64,000 nt of DNA from Candidatus Versatilivorator sp. (GCA_965207735.1 OZ242296.1:3904001-3968000); one strand, 5' to 3'; positions 29,629 to 39,682 are shown, counted from the first letter of the stretch. The notes: generated from the sequence alone by a model not told the origin. Translations and numbers: made by a program.

Positions 29629-29854
29629 CAAGATGATTCAGTTGCGGAATGTCCCCGATGACCTTCACCGGGTTCTCAAGTCCCGGGCTGCGTTGGCCGG
29701 AAAATCTCTGTCGGACTATCTGATTGCGGAGATTCGGCGTCATGCCGAACGCCCAACCATGGAGGAACTTCGTCGACGGCTCCTGGCTCGAACCCGGGTA
29801 CATCCAACTGTGCGGCCGGCCCAAATGATCCGGGAAGAACGGGACAGGCGGTGA
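29624..29854 (+). CDS. FitA-like ribbon-helix-helix antitoxin
   Basis: IQLRNVPDDLHRVLKSRAA..SLSDYL; GTGA overlap with PIN gene. Confidence 0.85.
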   Translation: MSKMIQLRNVPDDLHRVLKSRAALAGKSLSDYLIAEIRRHAERPTMEELRRRLLARTRVHPTVRPAQMIREERDRR

Positions 29855-30258
29855 TCGTTGCAGACGCTTCGGCCGTCCTTGAGCTGCTCTTGGGAACAAC
29901 TGCCGCGTTGGATATTCAGAGGCGGCTTCTCGATGGCGAAGAGTCTCTGCATGCGCCCCATCTGATTGATCTCGAGATAGCTCAGGTCCTGCAGCGGTAC
30001 GTACTGATTGGGGAACTGACGTCGCAACGAGGGAAGCAGGCGCTAACCGACTTGGCGGATCTTCCGATTATTCGCTACCCGCATGACTTGTTTCTCTCGC
30101 GCATTTGGGCACTTCGTCACAACGTCACCGCCTACGATGCAGCCTACCTGGCTCTCGCAGAATCGCTTCCGGCGCCATTGATCACCTGTGACGCCCGATT
30201 GGCCGCCACACACGGTCATCGGGCGACCGTTGAGCTCGTCCGGACCGGTCGCGCTTGA
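29851..30258 (+). CDS. vapC: VapC/PIN toxin
   Basis: IVADASA, LIDLE, AYDAAYLALA, LITCD. Confidence 0.9.
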   Translation: MIVADASAVLELLLGTTAALDIQRRLLDGEESLHAPHLIDLEIAQVLQRYVLIGELTSQRGKQALTDLADLPIIRYPHDLFLSRIWALRHNVTAYDAAYLALAESLPAPLITCDARLAATHGHRATVELVRTGRA

Positions 30259-30282
30259 GCATTCACCACTCAACCTCACGGA

Positions 30283-30322
30283 TGGTGTGTTGTCATATTG
30301 GTGTATTGATGCTATGGTGTGT
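30283..30322. promoter_or_regulatory. Putative RHH operator array
   Basis: TGGTGT at 30283, 30299 and 30315 (16 bp period) upstream of an RHH gene. Confidence 0.45.
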
Positions 30323-30347
30323 CAGTTACTGAATCGGAGTCCCTACC

Positions 30348-30593
30348 ATGCCTCGCTTGACCATTAGTCTGCCTGACCGGACACATCGGGCACTGAAGGA
30401 AACTGCGGCCCGACAGAATCGTTCCATGGGTTCAATCATCGAGGAGAGCCTGGAATTGAGAGGTGTACGGCCCTACGACACTGCCAGGGAGATCGTTGCC
30501 AGGGCGCGAGCGAAGTCCGGATTGAGCGCTGACGAGGCAATGGTCCTGGCAGTTGAGGAAACGAGAAGATTTCGCGACGAACCATCGGGCTGA
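30348..30593 (+). CDS. Ribbon-helix-helix (CopG-like) antitoxin
   Basis: RLTISLPDRTHRALKETAA..SMGSIIEE. Confidence 0.75.
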   Translation: MPRLTISLPDRTHRALKETAARQNRSMGSIIEESLELRGVRPYDTAREIVARARAKSGLSADEAMVLAVEETRRFRDEPSG

Positions 30594-30635
30594 TCGGCGC
30601 CAACCGCCAGATCGTGGAGGTGTGGAAGAGAGCCG

Positions 30636-31073
30636 ATGACGCTCCAGCCTTGTATTGTGGATACCAACGTCATCGTCTCGGGCGTGATCGGTGCAGACCC
30701 GCAGAGCCCCCCTGCTCTGATCCTGGAGGCCATGCTTGATGGCACGCTCCTCTATCTGATGTCAGACGCCCTTCTCAACGAGTATTCGTCAGTGTTGCGG
30801 CGCCCGGGTCTCGTCCGACTGCACGGACTGACAGACGACGAAATCGACCGACTCCTTGCCGACCTGGTCGCCAACGCCGTGTGGCGCGAGCCTGTCGCCG
30901 GCGGCAATGCGCCCAGCGCGGGGGACGTCCACCTGTGGGCGTTGCTCGCGACCCATCCGCAGACACAACTGGTCACGGGTGACCGGCTTCTTGTCGAGAA
31001 CCCTCCAACCGGTTCTTCTTTGATCTCCCCCCGCCATTTCGTGGATACGGGTTTTTCCCCGAAGACTACCTGA
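30636..31073 (+). CDS. PIN-domain toxin
   Basis: IVDTNVIVSG, LLNEY, LVTGD. Confidence 0.85.
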   Translation: MTLQPCIVDTNVIVSGVIGADPQSPPALILEAMLDGTLLYLMSDALLNEYSSVLRRPGLVRLHGLTDDEIDRLLADLVANAVWREPVAGGNAPSAGDVHLWALLATHPQTQLVTGDRLLVENPPTGSSLISPRHFVDTGFSPKTT

Positions 31074-31171
31074 ATGGATCGCGACAGATAGATTACTTGG
31101 CAAAGTGCATTGTGGCCTCGTTGTGGGTTGGCACACAACGTAGCGAATGCGCGTCTTGTCTTTAGAATTCG

Positions 31172-31308
31172 TCACAGGTCATTGTGAACCGATACCCTGG
31201 GATTCCCAATTTTCCTGCAAAGGTCACCGGTCGCTTCGGGCCATGAGGGAAACTGAAATGCAAACCCTTGTTCGTCGAGGATAGCAGGGATAACTCGCGG
31301 GCTCTTCC
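31172..31308 (-). pseudogene. Possible C-terminal remnant of a TIGR01777/DUF1731 epimerase gene
   Basis: KSPRVIPAILDEQGFAFQFPSWPEA resembles that family's C-terminus; no upstream part present. Confidence 0.4.
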
Positions 31309-32610
31309 TCAGTACTCCAACCTCGCCGGCGCTCCGCCGTTCTTGCTTGCCCGGATGTCGTAGCAGTTGAGCACGCCCTGGTTGCGGATGTAGAGTCTGC
31401 CGCCGCTCACCACCGGGTGGGCCCAACTGGGCCATCCCTGGTCGGCCACCTCGAAGCGGCCTTTCTCCCGGTACTCTTCGGTCGTAGCTTCGGCCAGGCC
31501 CACCACGTTCTTTTCGCTGAAGAGGTAGAGATGGCCGTCGGCATAGATGACCGATCCCTTGCCCACGCTGCGGTCCTTCCACATCACCTTGCCGGTCTCG
31601 AACTCCATGCAGGTGAGGATGGCGTTGGAGAACCCGTAGAGGTAGCCGTCGACCAGGACCACCCCGCCGTGGTGGTTCATCATTTCGCGGTTGAAGTAGA
31701 CCTCCTCGGCATCCATGGAGCCGTTGTCGGCCTTGAGCTGCAGCAAGGCGCAGCCGGTGCCGTAGGCGGAGCTGTAGAAAGCCCGGTCCCGGTATAGGAC
31801 CGGAGTGGTGACGTTGGCGGTCCGGTTGGCCACCGGCTCATAGCGCCACAACAGGTGCCCGTCATCGGCCCTCAGCCCCACGGCCGCGGCGGCGGTAAAG
31901 GCCAGCAGGGTGCGGATGCCCTGGACTTCAGCCACCACGCAGGAGGAGTAGCCGGCCCGGTCGCTGAGCTCCTTGCTGGTCCAAATGGTTTTTCCGGTAT
32001 TCTTGTCCAGAGCCACCAGGCTGGCCTGATCGCCGCCGGGCATCACGATCAGCCGGTCGCCGTCCACCAGAGGCGACTCGCTGATGAGCCACTTGGGATT
32101 CTCGCCCTTGAAATCCTTGAGGATGTTGCGGTGCCACAAGGTCTTGCCGTCGCCGGCCTGCAGGCAGGCCAGGTCGCCGTTTTCGGTCAGCACGTAAATG
32201 CGGTCCTCGTGGATGGTGGGAGTGCCCCGGGGACCGGGGCCGCGGCCATGGTCCAATCGATCCCCCAGGGACACGGTCCAGAGCGTCCGGCCGCTGCTTT
32301 CCTCGAGACAATACAGGGTGCTGTCGTTTTCGCGGGTGCCCTGGACGAAGATCCGGCCTCCCTGGATGGCCACGCTCCCATAGCCCTCTCCCAGGTCGGA
32401 AGTGGACCAGACCAGAGCGGGGCCGCCGGCCGGCCACTGCCCAAGCAATCCGGTTTCGGTGGAAAGGCCGGTTCTTTCCGGTCCCCGCCACTGGGGCCAC
32501 AGGCCCTCGGGAAAGGAATGGTTCGATTGGGGAAGCTGTACCTGGCTGCAGGAAGCCAAAACAATGACGGTGGCAATCAGTGCTGCGGTCGGGAGCCTCT
32601 TGTGGCTCAT
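31309..32610 (-). CDS. PQQ-like beta-propeller repeat protein (putative lipoprotein), copy 1
   Basis: WPQWRGP, repeated G..LW blades, WAHPVVSGGRLYIR, LASC lipobox-like. Confidence 0.85.
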   Translation of the reverse strand: MSHKRLPTAALIATVIVLASCSQVQLPQSNHSFPEGLWPQWRGPERTGLSTETGLLGQWPAGGPALVWSTSDLGEGYGSVAIQGGRIFVQGTRENDSTLYCLEESSGRTLWTVSLGDRLDHGRGPGPRGTPTIHEDRIYVLTENGDLACLQAGDGKTLWHRNILKDFKGENPKWLISESPLVDGDRLIVMPGGDQASLVALDKNTGKTIWTSKELSDRAGYSSCVVAEVQGIRTLLAFTAAAAVGLRADDGHLLWRYEPVANRTANVTTPVLYRDRAFYSSAYGTGCALLQLKADNGSMDAEEVYFNREMMNHHGGVVLVDGYLYGFSNAILTCMEFETGKVMWKDRSVGKGSVIYADGHLYLFSEKNVVGLAEATTEEYREKGRFEVADQGWPSWAHPVVSGGRLYIRNQGVLNCYDIRASKNGGAPARLEY

Positions 32611-32657
32611 GGCGATTCTCCTTTCGCTCGGGAGGAAGCAGGGGACGGGAGGAAGCA

Positions 32658-32773
32658 GGGGACGTTGTTGAATTACTGGAATAACTTGTAAAGAGCGCGT
32701 AGGTGCCGTTATCGAACAAAGGCAATTCAGGAGCGGCCGATCAAAGTAATTCCAGCAATTCAACAACGTCCCC
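32658..32773. mobile_element. 116 bp MITE-like element, copy 2
   Basis: Same IR and length as 2576-2691; GGGAGGAAGCAGGGGAC is tandemly duplicated at its left end. Confidence 0.8.
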
Positions 32774-32832
32774 AGCGCTGTACGACGATTATTGCAAAAG
32801 GCTCCAAGATGAAAGGGTGAGTAGAATTGGAC

Positions 32833-32875
32833 TTGACAATGTCACATAATTTTATTATATAAATGACATTGGAGG
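32833..32875 (+). promoter_or_regulatory. Sigma70-type promoter with overlapping inverted repeat and RBS
   Basis: TTGACA (32833), 17 bp, TATATA; CAATGTCA-N19-TGACATTG; GGAGG. Confidence 0.7.
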
Positions 32876-32881
32876 ATTCAA

Positions 32882-33451
32882 ATGAGCGACGGGCCACACA
32901 GAAGCCTACCGATGTCGTGGGGCTGGAGGCGGTTCGTGGAGCGCATCTATATCGAAGCGTTCAGTCATGACGAAGAACGCAATGCTCTGGTAACGGCGCT
33001 GGAACAGGATTGGCGCAAAGGGAATATGGAAGGACTAGTCCAGAGAGTTGGTGAGACTCTGCGCGACCGCCAAACCCATTTCTTCTGCGATCAAGGCGCT
33101 GAAAAACTCAAGTTACTTCGAAGAGAAGCAGCTTTGTCCCCACTTCAGTATGCATTTCTCGACTTTTTGGACAACGCTGTGGCCGCAGGGCATTCAGGAG
33201 ATGGTGCAATAATCGAGGCGGCTTATCAGACCCTTTCCGATCTCGCGGCGCGCCGCACACGCCAAGTCGAGGAACACTGTCTACGAAAACTGGGGCAAAG
33301 ACGCGGCACCTATTTCAGACAACGCATCGAAGGCGCAATTAATGAATTGGAAACTGCGGCGCCCGCCCACCGTCTTCTCGGCATCGATCAGAATGAGCCC
33401 CCACTAACGCTTGCAAAGAAGACGGGTCTGGACGACGGAGTGCGCCTCTAA
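32882..33451 (+). CDS. Hypothetical protein, first gene of the QueC-like operon
   Basis: 189 aa, strong RBS, TAATG coupling to the next gene. Confidence 0.8.
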   Translation: MSDGPHRSLPMSWGWRRFVERIYIEAFSHDEERNALVTALEQDWRKGNMEGLVQRVGETLRDRQTHFFCDQGAEKLKLLRREAALSPLQYAFLDFLDNAVAAGHSGDGAIIEAAYQTLSDLAARRTRQVEEHCLRKLGQRRGTYFRQRIEGAINELETAAPAHRLLGIDQNEPPLTLAKKTGLDDGVRL

Positions 33452-34875
33452 TGGAGAATGCAACAGCATTGAACACCACTTTGCCGACACATCGGGTCCA
33501 TGTCGTGGAACAGGGAGCGTCTGCCCGTCGCCATTGGGTCAGCTGCGAGATCGGCGAGAACCTCAAGTTCGACATGGGTGGTCTCCAAAGCTATTGCCTC
33601 GCCAATTGGGATGCACGGGTTTACGACGCGTTTGTCGTTGCTGCGGCGGTGCAGTTTTGCGATCACACGAAGCGTCGACCTTCGGCTGAGTGGGGACGCA
33701 ATTTTGTCTTGCGAATTCCGGTTCATGATCCGGGGCACTGGAAGTCGGCGGATGTCTCGATTCCCCTGCATGACGCCTTGAGGTTGCTCACCTGCGATCA
33801 GTGGCAGATTACCTTCGAGACAAGGAAGACCGCTGCATCGGTTCCCCGCTCCGGTAACTTCAATGTGCCTGACGACACCTCGGTAATCATTCCCTTCAGC
33901 GACGGTCTTGATTCACATGCAGTGGCTGGTCTCATGAAGTTGGAACATGCTTACAACGTGATCCGAGTACGGCTTGGGCAGAAATTGTGGCACGGAAACC
34001 AAAACGGCAGTCGATTGCCGCAATTCACCTCCGTTCCGTACCGTATAGGATATGGCAAGAATCGCGCCGTTGAAATGAGCGGGAGGTCACGTGGTTTCAA
34101 GTTCGCGGTTCTCAGCGGCGTCGCAGCCTATTTGTCGGGAGCCAAAGATGTCTTTATGCCCGAAAGTGGCCAGGGTGCCCTGGGACCGAGTCTTGTTCCG
34201 GTTGGTCAAGAGTACGAAGACTACCGAAATCACCCCTTGTTTACGGATCTAATTGCGACTTTCCTGTCTGCTCTTCTCGGTCATACGGTTCGTTTTGCCT
34301 ATCCCCGTCTCTGGCACACCAAGGCGGAGACCCTTGCCGAATTCGTGGCCAAATGTCCGGAGGACGTACGGAGTTGGGATCAAACCCGGTCCTGCTGGCA
34401 GGGTCAAAGGCATGTGTCGGTGTCCGGAAAGATGCGCCAGTGCGGCACCTGTGCCGCCTGTATGCTCAGGCGCATGAGCGTCCACGCTGCAGGTCTCTCG
34501 GAATGTAAACAATTATATGTCTGGGAGGATCTGACCACGATGCGATATGAAGACGGTGCCGCTCCTACATTTGAAAAAAGAAAGCCGAAAGGCGCCATGT
34601 ATGAGTACGCGATTGCAGGAACGCTTCATCTCGATCATTTGGCAGGTATCCTGCATTCCCGTGCAAACCAGGCCACGCTCTTTCGACAGGTCTTTCTGTT
34701 GAGCAGATCCCTTGGACGTCCTAAAGGGGAAATTCGAGCAAAACTGGAACGGTTGATAAGGAAACACACGGATGAGTGGCAGGGTTTTGTCGAGTCCTTG
34801 GGGTCGGCGTCATTTGTAACTCAGTGGGTTGAAAGGAGAGATAAACATGTCTCGCCCGGAGGTGAATGTCGTTGA
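33451..34875 (+). CDS. QueC-like PP-loop ATPase with N-terminal extension
   Basis: FSDGLDS PP-loop variant, TKAE, SCW..CGTCAAC zinc site; 474 aa, about twice canonical QueC. Confidence 0.85.
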   Translation: MENATALNTTLPTHRVHVVEQGASARRHWVSCEIGENLKFDMGGLQSYCLANWDARVYDAFVVAAAVQFCDHTKRRPSAEWGRNFVLRIPVHDPGHWKSADVSIPLHDALRLLTCDQWQITFETRKTAASVPRSGNFNVPDDTSVIIPFSDGLDSHAVAGLMKLEHAYNVIRVRLGQKLWHGNQNGSRLPQFTSVPYRIGYGKNRAVEMSGRSRGFKFAVLSGVAAYLSGAKDVFMPESGQGALGPSLVPVGQEYEDYRNHPLFTDLIATFLSALLGHTVRFAYPRLWHTKAETLAEFVAKCPEDVRSWDQTRSCWQGQRHVSVSGKMRQCGTCAACMLRRMSVHAAGLSECKQLYVWEDLTTMRYEDGAAPTFEKRKPKGAMYEYAIAGTLHLDHLAGILHSRANQATLFRQVFLLSRSLGRPKGEIRAKLERLIRKHTDEWQGFVESLGSASFVTQWVERRDKHVSPGGECR

Positions 34876-36025
34876 TGTCGGCCGGCGTTTGCGAATCGCG
34901 CGTGAGGCAGCCGGCATGACCCAGGCGCAGGTGGCCGCCAACATCAATGCGGCCCGCACGACGCTGGTTGCCATAGAGAAAGGTCAGCGCACGGTTCGGT
35001 TTGCTGAACTTCGGCCCTTGGCCCGGCTGTACGGCACGTCGGTCAATGCGCTGCTGCGGCGAGAATCCGTATACACCGATCTCGTGCCTCGATTTCGCAA
35101 GCTCCCTGGCAGCGACGACGAGGCGTCCGCCGAGGCGTGCCGGCTGCTGGCAGACCTCGTTCGAGCCGAAGTGGAACTTGAAAACCTTCTCGGGATCACC
35201 CATCCACGAAACTATCCTCAGGAACGAGTGTTGCTGCCCGGGGACGTGCGCACCCAGGCCGAAAATGACGCGACGGAACTTCGGCAGAAACTCGGGCTGG
35301 GATTGGCGCCGGTCCGAGACCTGATGAGTCTGCTGGAACTCGACCTTGGGATTCGCCTTTACGTTCGGCGGCTTGCTCCTCAGGTGTCTGGACTGTTCGC
35401 TTTTGATGAGCAGGTTGGCGCATGCATGCTGCTGAATGCCAGCCATCCGCGCGGACGGAGGATGCAGACCGCGGCGCATGAGCTCGGTCACCTTGTTTCA
35501 AACCGCCGATTCCCGGACGTTCAGTACCGCGATGGAGGTGAGGGCTCACGTGAGGAGAGATACGCGGACGCTTTCGGCCGCGCTTTTCTGACGCCGGCGC
35601 GGACGGTGATGCAGAGATTCAGAGAGGTGACGCAGGGCGCTTTCCAACTGACGCGCCGGCACGTCATTGTGCTCGCTTACACCTTCGGCGTATCGCGTGA
35701 AGCACTGGTTCGGCGGCTTGAAGAACTCAACCTAACGAAAGAGGGCACCTGGGATTGGTTTCAGGCGAACGGTAGCATCACGGACGAACAGGCTCGACAG
35801 GTCCTTGGCGATCTCGAGGGCACGGATAGGGACACAATAGATGCAACGCGGCCCACGACGCTGCGCTTGAGTCTGCTCGCTGCTGAAGCATGGCGGCAAG
35901 AACTGCTCAGCGAGGGACAGCTTGCCCGCCTCTTCCATCTTGACCGTATTCAGTTGCGCGAAATTCTGGATGGAGTGGAAACGGAAGGAGTTGAGGCGGA
36001 TGGTGCGCCAAAACTGCCTGCATGA
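34847..36025 (+). CDS. XRE-HTH plus ImmA/IrrE zinc metallopeptidase
   Basis: LRIAREAAGMTQAQVA HTH; TAAHELGH; EERYADAFGRAFLTP. Confidence 0.9.
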   Translation: MSRPEVNVVDVGRRLRIAREAAGMTQAQVAANINAARTTLVAIEKGQRTVRFAELRPLARLYGTSVNALLRRESVYTDLVPRFRKLPGSDDEASAEACRLLADLVRAEVELENLLGITHPRNYPQERVLLPGDVRTQAENDATELRQKLGLGLAPVRDLMSLLELDLGIRLYVRRLAPQVSGLFAFDEQVGACMLLNASHPRGRRMQTAAHELGHLVSNRRFPDVQYRDGGEGSREERYADAFGRAFLTPARTVMQRFREVTQGAFQLTRRHVIVLAYTFGVSREALVRRLEELNLTKEGTWDWFQANGSITDEQARQVLGDLEGTDRDTIDATRPTTLRLSLLAAEAWRQELLSEGQLARLFHLDRIQLREILDGVETEGVEADGAPKLPA

Positions 36026-36626
36026 TCGGACCGTTCCCGTCATCGCAGACACGAGCGTGGTGATTAATCTGAATGCCACCCAATGTGCCGAAACGATTCT
36101 GGCCGCTTTGCCCAATCCATTTCTCGTTGTGTCGGAAGTGGTGCTGGAGCTTGAGAGCGGCCTGCAAACCGGCCGAAACGACGCTGCCGCGCTCAAGGAA
36201 TGGCGTACTTCGGGGCGAGTGCAAATCGTGACGCTTGGGGACACCGGGGCGCAGCATTTCTTCAACCTCGTTTCCGGCCCCGCCGCTCAAACACTTGATG
36301 ATGGGGAAGCCGCAACCATCGCCCATGCCTTGGAAACCAAACCCCCTGCCATCCCCCTTATAGACGAACGCAAGGCAAACCGCATCTGCGCTGACCGATT
36401 CGCTCACCTTGTAACGGGCAGCACCGTTGATCTCTTGGCTCAAGACGATGTTCAGGCAACACTTGGGACCGCCCGGCTCGCCGATGCGGTTTTCGATGCT
36501 CTACTCGGTGGCCGCATGCGAGTTCTACCGCATCACTTGAACTGGGTCGTCAACTTGATTGGCCCGGAGCGTGCGAGACAGAGTGAGTCTTTGCCGAGAT
36601 CCATTCGTTCCGGTTCACCCAATTGA
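36000..36626 (+). CDS. PIN-like domain protein
   Basis: VIADTSVVINL, LDDGEAATIA, LIDERKA; overlaps the peptidase stop. Confidence 0.75.
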   Translation: MVRQNCLHDRTVPVIADTSVVINLNATQCAETILAALPNPFLVVSEVVLELESGLQTGRNDAAALKEWRTSGRVQIVTLGDTGAQHFFNLVSGPAAQTLDDGEAATIAHALETKPPAIPLIDERKANRICADRFAHLVTGSTVDLLAQDDVQATLGTARLADAVFDALLGGRMRVLPHHLNWVVNLIGPERARQSESLPRSIRSGSPN

Positions 36627-37530
36627 TTAGCCGGACAGCGGTCTTATATTCAATGTGGCCGCCGGATAGATGCAATAAAGAAGAAAGAGAGGAAGAGTGA
36701 CTAAAGACACCGCTCCCATCCGCGGACTCGCTACTGTGGCTCTCCTAAAGACGAATTTCGACAAGGGGAAAGACCATCTTGGGATGTTTCTTCCCTTTAT
36801 CGTCGATTCAGTGGCGAATCTTCCACGTGATGACTTTTCTGTCCATGAATTGAAGGAATGCCTCTATGACAGGCATGGGCTTTCTGTTCCACAAGGAACT
36901 CTTCGAGTTCTGATCACCCGAGCGACAAGGAAGGGGTTTATTCGACGTGAAGAGGGTCGGTACTTTAGGCTAACAAAGGTCCGTAAGGTTCCGGACCTCA
37001 AGCCTCAACAGGACTCAGTAATGCGGGAGCATGAGGAGCTTGCAGAGGCCTTTCGAAGTTACGCAGCATCGTGGAAACTCGATTTGAAGACTCATGCTGA
37101 AGCCCTTTCGCTCCTTATATCATTCCTGGCAGAGAACGAAATGGCGGTACTGCTCCATGATGACTCGACAGGGATTGAGACCATTACCCCGCACAGAACA
37201 CAACGCATTGTTGCGAGATTCTTTCGGAAAACTCTCGGTGACAATTCCCGCTTGACTCGAATTCTGGAACAATTAATTCAAGGCTATGTTCTCCAAAACG
37301 CGCTTCTCTTGAAAGATATTAGTCAGGCAAGCAGGCCATTTCAAAACTTGGAAGTCTTTCTTGATTCGAATTGCGTACTGCGCGCGCTTGGTCTAGAGGG
37401 TGGTCCCAACAAGATAGCCACGCGTGAAGCGCTCTCAATCTTGAAGACAATGCATGCTCGGCTGACAGTCTTTCATTCTACCATCGATGAAATTAGACGA
37501 ATTCTAAGCCTTTACGAGCACAGGATAGGC

Positions 37531-37728
37531 CGAGCAAAATCTGCGGCAGTTGGGAATCGGGCTGAAACAGTTTCCCAAGCGACAGAAGCAGTTTACGCTC
37601 ACTGAACGATCCCTGACTCTAAAACTCAAGAGACCCAATGAATCTGAAACGGAACCTCGAATTGTTCACGACGTCGATTGCATCGCGGCTATTCTTACGT
37701 TCCGAAGGGGAATGGAACCAAGAAGCTA
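37531..37728 (+). repeat. 198 bp non-tandem duplicate of 37833-38030
   Basis: Identical by eye, offset 302 bp; TAGGC at 37526-37530 and 37727-37731. Confidence 0.9.
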
Positions 37729-38195
37729 GGCACGACAGCAGGTCGTAAGAGCCTTCGTCCAGGAGCACTTGCACAGCATTTTTTCACGAATAACTATTCA
37801 CCAGCAGACGTGCGACAGGCGAGCGCTTTAGTCGAGCAAAATCTGCGGCAGTTGGGAATCGGGCTGAAACAGTTTCCCAAGCGACAGAAGCAGTTTACGC
37901 TCACTGAACGATCCCTGACTCTAAAACTCAAGAGACCCAATGAATCTGAAACGGAACCTCGAATTGTTCACGACGTCGATTGCATCGCGGCTATTCTTAC
38001 GTTCCGAAGGGGAATGGAACCAAGAAGCTATGATAATGCAGGTGCTGTTTTCTTAACAACGAACAACAGGCTTGTAGCTACAGTAAGCGAGTGGATGACA
38101 GAGGAAGGAGTCGACGGACTCCCACCGATCGTACACCAAATACGCCTGACTAACTTCGCTTGGCTAAAAAAGCCCGCAGCAGCTATTAAGCTAAA

Positions 38196-39682
38196 GAGCC
38201 TTTTGCAAAATTCGGAATCGGGCATGACATTGGGCTGGCAACAGTGATGTTCCGGCGGTGACTACCCAGCTGCAAAGACCCTTTTGAAGGAAAAAGCCCG
38301 AATCTGATGGCCGGATGGCCAGCGGTCGCCGGACGCAGGCACAGCTTACCCTCTCCCGGCCTTGAGGCGGGCGAACCTGCTGTGCGGTTGGGGGTGGCAA
38401 CCCGGTCTTCAGAGCGTCAGGCGCATCAACTGATCCACCGTCAGGGCCAGAATGCCGAACATCAGGTGGCACCTCACCTTGTCGGGGCCGCGAACCCTCA
38501 CCTGCCTCCCGCCAAACTCCTCCTTGAGCCGTCCGTTGACCCGCTCCACCGTCGAGCGTTCCCGGTAGCGCCGCGCCTCGGGAGTCACTTGGCCGATACA
38601 GCGCCGGGCCAGTGCCTCCCGCTTCCGCTCGGCTTTCAAGGTAGCTCTTCGGCGGGGGTTGACGTCAATAATCGGCACATGCCCCAGCTTCTCACTGAAG
38701 GCCCGGATCTCCGGCGCATCGTAGGCGCTGTCCATCAAGTCGTAGAGACTCTCGACCCGCCTTGCCGTCAGCGTCGCCAGCGGAATGGCTGCCTGAGAGT
38801 CATGCACCGAGGCCGAGGTCAGCAGACAACTGACCGGAATCCCGCCGTCAATGGCGTCGAGGTGTAGCTTGTAGCCGGTCCAGCTCTCCTGATGCCCCTT
38901 GGCGTTGCGCTTGACGCCGATGTCGCAGGCCTTGGGCAACTCCTTCAACATTTCCTCCAGCGTCATCGACCCCTGCCGCTCCAGCCGGCTCAACCGCTTG
39001 GGCCGTCGCTCGCCCTTCGGCGGCCGGCCCCGCCGGCGTTTCCGCTTGGCCTCCGGCGCAGCCTTGGCCGCTGGCTTTTCCCGTCCCGCAATCGCCGTCG
39101 AGTCCCTCGACACATGCCCCGCCAAGTGGCCCTTCAGCGTCTCCTCCAGCAATGCCTCGTGCAAACGCCCCGGCAGGTCGCTCTCAGCGAATTCCGCAAA
39201 GGCCCGCGAGAAGGTCGACTCGCTCGGTACCTCCCACGCCCTCTCCCAGCCGCACAGCCGCCGCAGCCTCCCCTCACTCCTCAGCCGCTCCACCAATCCC
39301 CGCGTGGTCGCCACCTCCAGCATCGACTTCGCCAGATAGGCTCGCGCCAGCACTGCCCGATCCTCCAGCGGCCGGCCACGCCAGCCCCGACTGTAAGGCA
39401 GCAACTCCTCCACCCGCACCAACTCCAATACCTGCACCAGCCGCTGGTAACGCTCTCCCAGAGGCCCCAAAACTTCCTCCAGCAGGGGAAACAGCTCTCG
39501 TTGAAACCGGAACCAGTGTCGTGATAGGGTTTCCCTAAGGGGCAAGTTCCACCTCCGTTCATCATGTGGTTCAGACACCTTCATGATACAACAGACAGTG
39601 GTCTTGCCCCTCCTTCCACCTGCCCTCCTTGATCTTTCCCCACGTGAAAATTCCCGCTATCTGCGAATTTTGCAAAAGGCTC
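38196..39682 (-). mobile_element. IS element (IS5/IS1182-like DDE)
   Basis: 19 bp IR GAGCCTTTTGCAAAATTCG; TAAA direct repeat. Confidence 0.88.
38409..39584 (-). CDS. DDE transposase (IS5/IS1182-like)
   Basis: PSESTFSR, SRDSTAI, GYKLH, MDSAYD, RSTVERVNGRLK. Confidence 0.88.
   Translation of the reverse strand: MKVSEPHDERRWNLPLRETLSRHWFRFQRELFPLLEEVLGPLGERYQRLVQVLELVRVEELLPYSRGWRGRPLEDRAVLARAYLAKSMLEVATTRGLVERLRSEGRLRRLCGWERAWEVPSESTFSRAFAEFAESDLPGRLHEALLEETLKGHLAGHVSRDSTAIAGREKPAAKAAPEAKRKRRRGRPPKGERRPKRLSRLERQGSMTLEEMLKELPKACDIGVKRNAKGHQESWTGYKLHLDAIDGGIPVSCLLTSASVHDSQAAIPLATLTARRVESLYDLMDSAYDAPEIRAFSEKLGHVPIIDVNPRRRATLKAERKREALARRCIGQVTPEARRYRERSTVERVNGRLKEEFGGRQVRVRGPDKVRCHLMFGILALTVDQLMRLTL

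Noticed and set aside
33451-34875. Housekeeping queC, QatABCD or Dpd system
   Set aside because: Protein is twice QueC length, and que, qatA/qatD and dpd partner genes are absent
37531-38030. DGR template/variable repeat pair
   Set aside because: Copies are identical with no adenine-specific differences, and no reverse transcriptase is in the window
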